From contig LSRY02000015.1 in NCBI GenBank assembly GCA_001643675.2, positions 1,488,001 to 1,552,000 of the forward strand: a DNA stretch of 64,000 bases, read 5' to 3'. The notes below the pieces were generated by a model. It had not been told where the DNA came from, ran no database searches, and saw only the letters and a program-made list of their open reading frames with translations. The position numbers were made by a program, and so were the translations under genes. Of the stretch, positions 11,739 to 23,400 are shown in pieces; within the stretch, counting starts at the first letter, position 1; each line of letters begins with the position of its first letter. The stretch is from Monocercomonoides exilis PA203. Taxonomy: Eukaryota > Protista > Preaxostyla.

Positions 11739-12159
11739 GTGTGTTCGACATATCAAGGTGGAACATGTATTCTTTGAATTATAGTTTTGTTCTTATGGAG
11801 ATTTTAAATCATTTGATCAAGATAAAGTTTAAAAATATCTCTTCCAAGCGTTCCTAATAGTTATTAATTTTAAAGAAATTTTTAGAACAAGTTCAGTTTT
11901 TCTTTTTCTTTTTCGTTATGAAATATCTTTGTTATTTTTTTTTTTATCGTATATTTTAAGTTATGATTATAACCTTAATTTGGAAAAATCACATCAAAAA
12001 GTATAATTTTGAAATTGGAAATCATTTTCACCATGTTTTTTCCTATTTTATTGACTCGTCATTTCGCTGAAACGATAACATTCAATTTTTATATTTTATA
12101 ATAAAAGAAATCATCAAATCATTATTATGTTAAAACAATTAAAATCCAAATGGCTAATC

Positions 12160-12346
12160 CTTTTTGAAATCATACTTACGTTCGAGTTTTGATCAAAAAA
12201 TTTTTCTTAAAGGGATTTTGTAAAATTGAACTTTTGCAGTTAATTCAAATTGTTCATGATGTTGTTGAAAAAACAAAATTATTTATAGAATCCCATTGAG
12301 ATTGAAATTTTGATCAAAACTTGAACGAAAGAATGATTTGAAAAAG
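12160..12346. repeat. Inverted repeat / hairpin (MITE-like)
   Basis: 12160-12198 matches the reverse complement of 12308-12346 at 35/39 positions. Pairing continues inward more weakly. Confidence 0.8.
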
Positions 12347-12441
12347 AACAACAAAATCAAATGAATACTTCGTTTTTGTATGTGGTCAGTTCAATTTATT
12401 CAATTTTGTTATTTGCTTTTTGTCAATTATAGCTTCACATA

Positions 12442-12487
12442 CACCAAAAATAATTCTAATTCGAAAATAAATTATTCAAATTCGGAA
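12442..12487 (+). mobile_element. Degenerate terminus related to the 62245-63090 element
   Basis: TA|CACCAAAAATAATTCTAATTCGAAAA resembles TA|CACCAAAAATTATTCAACATCGAAAA at 62243. No clear partner end was found. Confidence 0.5.
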
Positions 12488-12641
12488 TTACTGTTTCAAA
12501 ATGTCTAATTCGTTTTTAAAAGTTGCATATGTTTGATTTTCAAATTCATCAAAATGATGCATTTTTGCATGGGTTTGAGCAATCGATCTGTTGAATTTGA
12601 CCAGAAAGAAAAATGTTGCATATTGAAAATTATTCATTGTT

Positions 12642-12892
12642 CATATGGGAAATTCTTTTTGAAAAGTTCCTTTTGTTTAATTTTCAAAGAAAATAAAAAT
12701 TTCATATTTCAATCAATTTTCTGTTTTCACTCACCAAATTTTGCTGTCATGAAAACACAATCTTGACAATGTTATTATTTCCTTTTGAGAAAAGAAACGT
12801 GAGTGGGAACAGAAATTTGATCGAACTATGAAATTTTTTCTTTATTTGAAAATTTATCAAAAGGAACTTTTCAAAAAAAATTTTGACATATG
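12642..12892. repeat. Long inverted repeat / hairpin (MITE-like), ~93-bp arms
   Basis: 12642-12734 matches the reverse complement of 12799-12892 at roughly 85% by eye, with a ~64-bp loop. Confidence 0.85.
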
Positions 12893-13808
12893 GCGAAAAT
12901 AATTTAACAACTGGCATTTCATTTCAAATTTATGCACAATGAATGAACTTTTTTTTATCAAAAAATTAATAATTTGGGGTTCATTATTTTGAAATACGTA
13001 TTTGTTTTCCAAAACGTTAAGTTATAATATTGATGATTCCTGCTTTCAGATATGGTGGAAAATACGTACTTTCAAGCTTTTTTTGCACAAGGCACTGAAA
13101 AATTGCTTCATTCATAACTTTATTTCCCATTCTCAGATTTCAAAATAAAATTGATTTTTCAAATTCAAAAACAGGTATCATTCATATAGTGACAAAATGT
13201 CTTGTAACATTTCACGAATGTCATAAAATTGACCCATTTTTAAAAAATTTTTTGTTCTCAAAAAGTCAACGAAAAGTGCATAATTTTTCCATGAAAATGC
13301 TTGAAGCAAAATATTTTGCCCCAAATTGTGAACAAATTCTGTTGAACTTATAAAAAATGTTTTTTGAGTTGTTGAAAGCCAATCAGCACTTTTCAGCAGC
13401 TGGCAAGCTTCGACAAAAGAAGTGCCAATAAGTGAAATCGTCTCATTTTAAAGTTGAATAAAACTTTCATTCTCGTGCAAGAAAATAAAAAAAAAGTTAA
13501 AAAATTGGAAAAACGAAAAGACAATATTGAGTTGAATAGCATTTTAAGTTAATAATTTCTTTCCATTTGACAAATACATGCCCCATAAACAAAATATTTC
13601 TCATAAATGTCTTTTTTAGCATCCAGATTAAGCAAAGAGAAAGCTATAAAATTAACTGCGGGGGTTTATAACAATTTTAATAATTAATTATTGTTTCATT
13701 AAAATTAATTTTTATGCGGACAATTCACAATTTGCTTCCATTTTTTCATTTGTTTCAAAAAATCCGTTTCATTTTCATGTTTTTATTTGAACTTGACAGA
13801 ACAAAAAA

Positions 13809-16800
13809 ATGAATGAAGAGAAAAGCAAATGTTTGCGATGATTGCTATTATAAATTATGTTTCTAAATTTTCTGATATTCAACAGCTATTGAAAGATTGG
13901 AGGAATTGACAAACAGATTGACGTTTGCACGTTTTCTCAATTAAAATTGCTTTTCCATTTTTTAGCAGCGGAACGACATTGACTAAACATCAGAACTTAC
14001 TCGAAAGTTCAAATGAAATAAAAGACATCATTGTGAAATACAAAGGGAAAATGGATGTGGTTCCTGCAAACATTTTGCACTCATTGATAAAAGCATGCAG
14101 CAGCGTTTTCAATTTCACAAATAACGAAGAAGAGACGAGAGTTATTGCATCGATTTTAGAGATTATTTTAAATCCAGAATCATATTCTGACAGCTTTTGC
14201 GCTTTAAAGCAAAAAAAAGTCTCGACTAATGCCAGAGAACGACATGAATTCTATTACTGGATAAATACAAGAAGGACTGTTGGAGTTTCATATTATTCTA
14301 CATCACCTCTTCTCCACGACATTATAAATGATGGAAAGGTTATTCCTGCAATTGTCAAACAGATCCAAGCATCTGAAAATGATGAAACTTTGAGTGTTTT
14401 TGGGAAAATACTATTTCACTTTGCCAGATTGGCAGAAAAAGGAGAGTTCAACCTGATGGCTGAACAGGGGTTTTTTGACGGAATTAAAATCCTTTTAGTT
14501 CAATGTGATTCGATTGATTGCCTGCATTTCACTCTTAGCGCAATTATACACTGCATGACGAGGCTTAAGCATTTGACGTACAAGCTTTGCACTGATATTA
14601 CGAAGGAACTGAGAAGTCTCGACTTTATACATGCTGTTCTTGCAATAGCGTTGGGTTTGCGAAAAAGAAGTCAGCTTCATGAAAAGAATGCAAAAGAGTA
14701 TCAAAATTTCCACCTTTATTCCAGGATGCACAGCGAGGAAGAATTTATTTCAAAATACTTTTCAAATGACCATGGATGCGAAATGAGTCGAAGAAAGAAG
14801 ACAAGGGAAACACAATCAAAGAAGAAAACAGCAATTCAAACAAAGAAAAACATCAAAAAAATGACAGACTCAAAACGAAAGCAGAAGAATCAAAAAATAG
14901 AGATGCCCAAAGGAGAAGAAGGTTTGATAATTATCGAAGATGATAAATCGGGCGAATCATTGCTTACCGTTTCTTCTTCATTGTCAGCCACAGAAAGGTG
15001 CTATGGAGACTGCAGCAACGAGGAACACGCTCACCTCCCTCTGAATATTCGGCTTGAAGCAGCTCGTGTCCTTTTTTCTTTTGATAGAGGTTCACATTCG
15101 ACATATGCTCCTAAGAGAATGCTGATGTTGCTGTCAGAAGGGTTGGAGTTGCCAGAAGGAGCTGAAGAGGAGTATTTGTCTCAGAAAACAAAAGAATTAA
15201 AAGAAAAAGAAATTGCAGAGAGGGAAGAAAAGAAGAGGATAGAAGAACTGGAAAAGAAAGCAGCAAAAAAGAAAACAAAAAGAAAAACTGAAAATTTACC
15301 AGACAAATTAAATGAAAAAACCGAGGATAAAAAAGAGAAAGAAGAAAAAGAAGATAAAGACTGTTCCTGCGCTGACACAATTGCAAATATTGAAAACTGT
15401 GATACTTGCAAGAAGAGCATCCCTTTGACAACATGTGATACAACCGAAAACTTGAAGCAAGTTCAGGAGACTCTTTCATCACTGGCTTGTTTCTTTAAAT
15501 TGAATTGTATGATTTCGGGAAAAGAAAAGAAAAGTTGTTTAGTTTTTATTTAATGTTATTCTCTTTTATTTGAGTTCTTCCAGCTCTGCTTTTGTGTGTG
15601 TTTTTTGTGTGTATTTGTTCGAAATATTCTTTTTGTTTTTTTCTTCTTATCTTTGCAGTTAATCAACGCAACAACAGCAATTATCAAGAAATTCCAGAGC
15701 TTATATTAACAAAGCTATTTGATCGCTTGAATCGTCTGAAGAAGTATGACAGATGACTTGGGAAAGAAGAGAAATAAATTTATGTTTTTACAGTTTAATT
15801 TTGATTTGAATTTTCATTTTTCGGATAAAAACACATTTTTTCACAACTCTTTGTTCTTTTGAAGTTTTCCATTGAATCGGTTCAACACTTTGGCTTGCAG
15901 CTGCATTGAACTGCTATTTTCGTTGATGCCTAATTCCATGCTTTTTCGTTGTTTGCCTTCTGTTGAAGAGCAGATTGTGTCTGATCTTTGCTTGATTGAA
16001 AAGGAGATGATAGAAGCAAAGTCGAATGATTCAACACTTTCACAATCACCAACTGAATTTCTGAGCAATTCAGAAAACGACGAGTTGAGCTTAAATAAAA
16101 AATTCCTGTCATTTCCAAACGATCTTGGGATTTCTGCGCTGGAGCCTTCCTTCGAGAATTGTCTGACAGCAAGTGATTACGACAAGTCATTTGAAAATTA
16201 CATTTGTGCTCTTTCAATAAAGGCGGAACTATCTTTTCGACACATTTCTAATTTCAACTTTGGGCTAAACTTCAATGCGTTTATCCGACGTAACTATGAA
16301 GAAATCAGTCAGCGTTCTCAGCAACTTCATTATTCATTGACAGCGTATCGTCTCAACCACAACATAAGCTGTATTTTGTCTGCAATTAGTTCAAACCAGG
16401 GCTGTGCAGATGAAATTATCCTCCGTCCATTTTTTAGATTTCTTATGTCCAAACTCTCGTACCGCTTTCCAGTGCGCGCTGCAGCTTCAGTTAAATATTC
16501 AGAGAACAGGCATTACTTTCTATCTTCTTTGGAGTCTGTGCCAATAACGATATGCGAAGCTGTGGCGATTGTTCTTATGAACACTGTGAAAGAGCTGCCA
16601 TATGCGTTTGAGATGGGGTATGTGACGAGCTTGCTGGAGTGGATGGCGGACTTGTCACCTTGCTCTCCGGAGCTGCTCATACATGGAATCATTCAAATTC
16701 GCGAAGCTGCCACCCTCTTCTCTCTGCCATCGCGCAAGATTCGACTTGAATTGGAGGGGTATTCAAACGAAGAAATAAAAGGGATGAAAAATAAAACAAT

Positions 16801-17191
16801 TTTTAAAAAGTTCATGTTCAGAAGCAATTTTTGCAGAAACTGGAATGGGATCTCGAATTTGGAGATTGAAAAGTGCATTCCACGTTCAATAACTTCAGGA
16901 GGGGAACTAAACGAAGGAACAGAATTCGAACTGTTGGATTTCACAGAAGATGAAGAGGAAGTGCAGAAGCAAGATGACACAGGAACGCTGCTCTATTGTA
17001 GACTTGAAGATTTATTGGAAGAGACAGGAATACGAGATCTTGTGGAAACATTTCCTCAAGGCAGAAGTCTCGAGCCTTTTTGGATAATGAAAGGAACAAT
17101 TCCAACAAAGCCAAAAGACGACTTTAAAAGAACGTTCTACAATTTCAATTATGAAGTGTTGCAAAGAGGTCCAAATCTTCAAATGCGATGA
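13809..17191 (+). CDS. Hypothetical protein, probably helical/ARM-like, 5 exons (13809-13830, 13886-13922, 13966-15506, 15659-15743, 15901-17191)
   Basis: Four GT-AG introns with consistent phases join ORFs 13925-15553 and 15872-17191 and three small exons. Amphipathic helical character with K/E-rich inserts. Confidence 0.8.
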
Positions 17192-17714
17192 TAATAAACT
17201 AACAAAGGATTTAAAGATTATTTAGCGAAATAAATTATTTCATTGAAGAAATGTTTTATCGAATGAACAGAACGTTTTCATGAAGCATTTTTGTTTTCAA
17301 TGAAAAATTTAAGTTAAGCTGTTTTTATTGCAACAAAAATCAAGCTGTTGATGAAGAGTTATTTTTTATTTTTTTTCACAAAAGAAATTATCCATTTTAT
17401 TTGATATATTTGAACTTTTATTCTTCTTCCTTTTGTAATTTTTTTGTGTATAACTCATGCACTTATAAGTTGATTATTTTTCACATTTATGTTTCTTGCT
17501 CTGTTTATTGAGATACATTCCGTTTTATTGTAAATTTAAATGTACAGATGAAAACACTCCTTTCAATTGTTATTTGATTTCATAACTTCACATCAAAAGA
17601 AATTATTATTTTAAGAACAAATTTCTATATTTTTTCTTAAATTTTGTTAATTTGACATGAAAGTGAAAATAAAATAAAATATTATAAAAAAACAAAATAA
17701 CCAACAAAAACTGT

Positions 17715-20335
17715 TGAATTCACAGCAACCTATCTCACATAGCATTCAACTCCTCGTCAGTTCACCCTGAAACGAAGCCATGGATCATATTCTCAATGAC
17801 ATCTTCGCAAACAGTCCTGAAATTGTATCCATTTGGCTGCTACAGAAGTGTCCTTGCTGCTCCTCCTCTCTCCTGCACTTTCGCCCTTTCAACCTCTCCT
17901 TCTCTTTCTGCTCCGCTCACAAACATCTGCTGAGACTATGGCAGCGCTGCCAGCGCTGCCAGCTTTGCAAAGGCAAACTCGCTCACTTTCATCGGCTTTA
18001 GTCGTAGCGCATGCGAAGAAGACAGCGCAGCAAACTGGCAGGGCTTCTTGAATGAGAGGCATTCGTGGGCCTGCTGAAGGAAAGGATATGTTCCTGTTAG
18101 CTCTTTCATCATCTCCTCCAAAAGCTCCTCCGTCACTGCCCGGAACAGACTCAGTTGCTCAGCATGACCTTCTTTCAGACAGGTCAAGAAAGGAAGCTGA
18201 GACAGTTGTGATGTGTGTGTGTTGTTTGAAGTGACGGCTGTGGAATAGGAAGATGATAAAGCAGAAACAGAAGAAAGCTATTTAATTTCTGTTTGCACTG
18301 AGCGGCGGCTGAAACAGAAATACCTACAAAAGGGAAGAAGCCCAGTGCAGTCTGAAAACTGGATAGCCGAGCTGCTTTTGAATGACACTCTCAAAAATTT
18401 CTTCTGGTCTGGCTCTCTGAAACCGTCATCCCATTCTCTGTCTTCCTCGCCCTCACCCAGCATCCTCCTCATCCCTCCATCCAAATCATCTCCATCCAAA
18501 TCCTGCAGCCCATCCAACCCACCAAACTTCTCCTTTTTCGACGACATCCGCCCTTCGTGTCCTCTTCCTCCTTCATTTGGCTCTTGCATCCCCAAATGAG
18601 GCAGACGAAATACGTAGCCTTTCTTATTCATTGCTCTTGTAGGAATTAACCCTTAAATTCCTTGTATCCCCTGTGTTTGCACAGACCCCCGTTGTACCAA
18701 TCTCTGCTGAGGATACAGCGGAACTGAAACCGAACCAGAACCAGAAGAAGAGCCAGAAGACGGATTCAACAAAGGAGGAAGATACACATTCACTCCTTTC
18801 ATTTCTTCTGCTTCAGTCACCCTCCTTCCTCCAGCACTTCCGCTTCGAGACTCTCTCAGCTGGACCAAGTTCCTTTTGTTCTTTCTTGTTCCTTTCATGG
18901 TAGACATCGTTGGAATGAGGTTGCTCATCCCAATCGCTTCTCGTTCCTTCTCCTTCGATAAAATGCTGATCTTCTGCTCCTTTTTTACATGTGCTGCTGT
19001 ATCCAGCTCCAACTTCGTGTACTCATTGAGTAGAATGTCACTGGTCAATGATCATGACTGTAGAGTTGACGCAATAGCTATCGAAAATGGATCAACAGGC
19101 TCCTCGCCAGCACCGACAAAAACTACTTCTCTTCGTTTCTCGCTTTTTGCAGGACAGGGCGGAATTGCTCAAGTCGGGTGGATATTTGAATGCCCCTTGA
19201 TTTCGTCATGCGCTTGGCTGCCTGCGGATGCTTGGCTGATGCGGGGCAATTGCAAGTGAGGAGGAAGAGGAAGACTGAGAAGGCATAGGATAAGAAGAGG
19301 ACGGAGGCCCTTTGATTTTTCTCAGTTGAGAGTGCTATGTAAAGATTGAAGCACCGGTGGAGCGATCATCGATGCCGCCTGAGTTAAAGTTGGATGCAAC
19401 AATAGAAGAAGAAGCAGTAGTAGAGCAAGAAGAAGAAGAAGAAGAAGAAGAAGAAGAAGAAGAAGAAGAAGAAGAAGAAGAAACACTTTCAAAACACGGA
19501 AAACCTTTGTCATCTGAGAAATTTTTTCGATTATGGAAAATTAATCCAAATCTTTTCTTTCTATCTAATTATCTCGTTTTCCTTTCACTTTCTCAATTCC
19601 TCCACAAAAGAATTCTCTCAGCAAACATAATACATCAACATTTCTCGTATAATATCCAAGATCCTATTTTATGAAAAAAATAAAAATATGAAAATATAAA
19701 AACATCAAAAAAATATGAATAAAAACGAACAAATATATTTTTCATGAAAAAACTTAAATAAAACAGAGTTTGTCTCACACCAATCGTTTATTGCACCCCT
19801 TCCTTGCAACCCCTTTGCCTCAATAAAAAATATCCATTTTCACTTATTCCATTTTTTATCCTTTTTCCCTTGAACTGAAATTCCATCTCTATCTGTGAGA
19901 AAAGCACATCAAAAACCCAATCCAAATGCTCATATAACCTTGTTCCATACATCCCATCCCTTCTGTGTAATGTGTCTATTTCAGCCAATCGAGGCAAAAA
20001 CAATCATTTCTTTCAATACATCGAAAATTCCTTCAAATAAAAATATCACAAATAATCCACCAAAAGACATACATTTATATCTGGTGCAGAATCACAAAAC
20101 GTTCATCGCTCACACCTCTTCCATTCATCTGTAAAACCAATCTTCACAACATTCATTTCTTTCCCTGATGCCATTCCTCATGAAAATACAGGCATCAAAA
20201 TTATATGCTCCAAATAATATGTTGTTCCATCTCAGAGGCAGATATCGCTGGACGGAGAGTGACGGCTGAAATATCTGAACATCAACAAAAATTGATGAAT
20301 TATTCACTATTATTCATAGGATCAGAAAATGGAAC
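17715..20335 (-). pseudogene. Decayed multi-exon gene with many in-frame stops
   Basis: ORFs 18653-19048, 18278-18631 and 17936-18187 share one frame separated by single stops. Upstream exon-like blocks have splice-like boundaries (e.g. acceptor at 19664) and further stops. A frameshift near 19260-19320 is likely. Confidence 0.7.
19429..19482 (+). repeat. (GAA)18 microsatellite
   Basis: Perfect trinucleotide run, probably a former poly-Ser (TCT) tract of the minus-strand pseudogene. Confidence 0.95.
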
Positions 20336-20468
20336 TAGAAAAAAACATAGAAAATTATTTATTTTTATATGATAATATGAAAATAAACAAAAGTTAAACG
20401 TTATTTTTTCATTGAAGTGCCCATATTAGTTGAAAAGAGAAAAAAGAAAAGAAAGCAGTTGGAGAGGC

Positions 20469-23400
20469 ATGGTATTGGGGCTGTCAGGAATATTATATTG
20501 TGTGTGGATAATTAGTGTGGGGTGTGTGTGCAATGGTGCTACAAGTGATGGAGCAGGATTTAGAGAGGAATCAGCGAAAGAAGGAGAATTGGATTATTCT
20601 GAAGACACATGGCGAGAGAAGGCTCAAAACAACAAAATTGGAGATGGGAATTTGTTTGACACATATATTGAAGGAGAAGAAGGTGGAGTGAGAGAAACCT
20701 GGAAAGAAGAGAGAATGATGAAGAAATGCTCAAAACAATGGAATGAAGGAGGTGGGGAAATTGGGAAAGTCCAAAAATGGGGTTTTTGTAAAGAGTGGAA
20801 AATGTGGGGAAAGGAGAGGATATGCGATGGGAGTCAGATTGAAGGATGTTTTGTTCTAGTCAATTCATCAATGAAACTGAATTCATTGGGACTGAGGGAA
20901 AGAGGTGGGGAGAGTGTGCTCAGGGCATCGGATGGAAGTTTTGTTGAGGCGAGTGTGCGTATTGTTGGAATTGAGAGAGAGACGCCTCCCTTTGATTTTT
21001 ATGGGAGTTGTGGACAGTTTTCCAACATTTCACTCAGATCGCCATCATCTGGGCTATTCCAGTTATTTCCTTCTCTCTTCTCTTCAAATGCATCGGAGCG
21101 ATATATTTCAGAGAAATGCCAAGTTTCTGTTTGTTCTTCTCATTTTTCCTCTTTTTGTGTGTCCTCTGCTCCATTCATCTCTTCTTCATCCATTCCTCTT
21201 GTATCCTTCTCTCATCTGACATTTTTTAACATCTCGACAACATCTTTTGATTGTCCAGCTCCAACTACATCCATTTCCCAAACCACATGTCTGATGAGCA
21301 GCTGCTCATTTTCATCTGTTTGCGACGTGTATGATGGCGGGATTGTATCTTCTCTGAACAACCCCTTGGCTTCCTTATCTGTTTTAAACACCTCATTTAT
21401 TGGGTGTTGTCGTACAAGAAACGTAAATATTAATGGAACTGCAGAGGCACCATTGAAGCCAGGGAGACAAAATGAAACAGACGATGGAGCTAATTCATTT
21501 ATTTGGTGTGAATGGAACGGATCGAAGACAACAGGGACAAGCGATTCCTCTTCAGATGGAATATCGAGTGGAGGGGCTATATCAATGTTCAATATTCAAA
21601 ATGGAGAGCTTTCTATTTCTCATTGTTTATTTAACAATTGTTATGCATTCAGTCGCGGAGGTGGGATAATCTGCCATTCGTTGAAATCTATTCGTTTTGA
21701 TGATGATATATTTAATGTTTGTACGGCTCAAAATCAATATGGAGGAGGATTATATGCAGGCGCAATTAATTCTTGTTTTCGAATTTCAGAATGCATTTTT
21801 CATGCGTGTAAAGCAAGTGGCAATGGTGGAGGTTTATTGGCTGAATCAATAAAAGTCTCTGGTCCAGGGTGCATTGAAACAGAAAGCGGCAATGGAGAGA
21901 GTGCATGCATATTTGATTGTTCATTTTCTTCATGTGAAGTTTCTGGTTCTTTTGGAGGAGGAGTCCATTGTTATGGTATTCAAACGGATTTCAAAATGAG
22001 GAGCGTTCAGTTCATCTCTTGCAATGCGTCAAACAGAGGTGGAGGAATAAGATTCTCTCATACTGAACAAATCGTTCCAAGAGGCGGATATTATTGCTAT
22101 TTTCTTTTCTTCCATGATTGTAGATGCTTCGATTCCACTCCATATGGACACGATGTCTATTTTGAAGACAATAACAATCACTTTTCATCTAGCAATCCGT
22201 TCTTCGAATCTTTCACAACAAATAGTGATGACAAGAGAGTTTGCTATTATCAAGGTGAATATCAGGAAAAACAAAAGAAAGGGTTTCTGAAAGACTGGTC
22301 AACAGATCTGTTTGTGTCAATTGATGGAAATGATTCTGGAAAATGGTGTGGACTGAACGAACAAAATCCTTGCAGGACAGTTTCAGCAGCTGTTGAAACT
22401 TGCATTACACAGCTGAGATCAACTATAACAATCTTTATCGGGAGGCACCAAAGTGAAGAGTCAATGATCAGTATTGGTGAAAAGAAGATTTCAATTATGG
22501 GGAAAGGAAGAAATGCAAGTGTGATTGGGACGAGTGCGCTTTCTTCGTCTTCGCCAACGCTGTTTAGCGTATCTTCTGGTCAACTGGAGGTGGGGCACGT
22601 GGGGGTCGATCACAACGCGACAAGAAGTCCATCGCCGAGTGTGTTTGTGGTGTCTGTGGGGAGAGGGACTCTTTCGCTGGAGGATGTGGTGATCGACTCT
22701 TCGACATCAGGAGGGAGCGGAATCTCGTCATCTGTGTTTGAAGTGGCACTGAAGCAACTGACGATGATTGATGTGGAGATCAAAAATATGAAAATATCAC
22801 AACCTCTGTTTTCCGATCTTTCATCAGCAGGATCGTCATCAGGAGAGAGTTTGCTGGGGAATTTGACAATTCGGAATGTGAATCGGACAACTGGGGATGG
22901 GGTTGAAATGGCAAAAAGTGTGAAGGCGGGGGAGACATTTGTGGTGTGGAACACAACAATGGAAGGGTGTGAGTGTGCGAATGGGAATGGAGGGGGGATA
23001 AAAATTGAGTTGGCTTCTTCAACAAGCAAAGTTCGAATTGGAGATTCAATGCCACACGGCGGAGGTACAGCTTCGTTCAATCAATGCAAATGCAGTGGAT
23101 ATGGAGGAGGGGTGATGCTGCATCTGGCTGATGACTCTTTTGACTTTTCAATAACAACTGTAAGTTTTGATGGTTGTGCTGCAACAATGGGAGGGAAGAG
23201 TTTATTTGTGGAAGGACAGGATTTGTCAGCTGTTATCAACATCACTTCAATCGGATTCAATCCAGAAGTTGGAATTAATGTTGCAGATTTGAATGAACTT
23301 TGTGGAAGAGAAAGAAACAAGCCAGAGCTGATTGTTCCACTCGTTGTGTTTCTTCGAACATTTTCATCACCGGCATATGTGAGTGGGAGAGAACAAGGAA

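Noticed and set aside
12533-12766. Short ORFs in AT-rich spacers (also 52496-52690, 62005-62277 and 63074-63310)
   Set aside because: Non-ATG or compositionally implausible; several overlap repeats or pseudogene antisense.
17762-19048. Genome-wide TAA/TAG=Gln code
   Set aside because: Rac, katanin and SNW1 end at TAA at their expected C-termini, NEMF ends at TAG, long genes lack in-frame TAR, and the pseudogene also has TGA stops.
19322-19674. Poly-Leu and poly-Glu ORFs
   Set aside because: Alternate readings of the (GAA)18 repeat.
20430-20468. TTG start for paralog B
   Set aside because: Eukaryotic gene; ATG 20469 directly precedes the signal-like segment.
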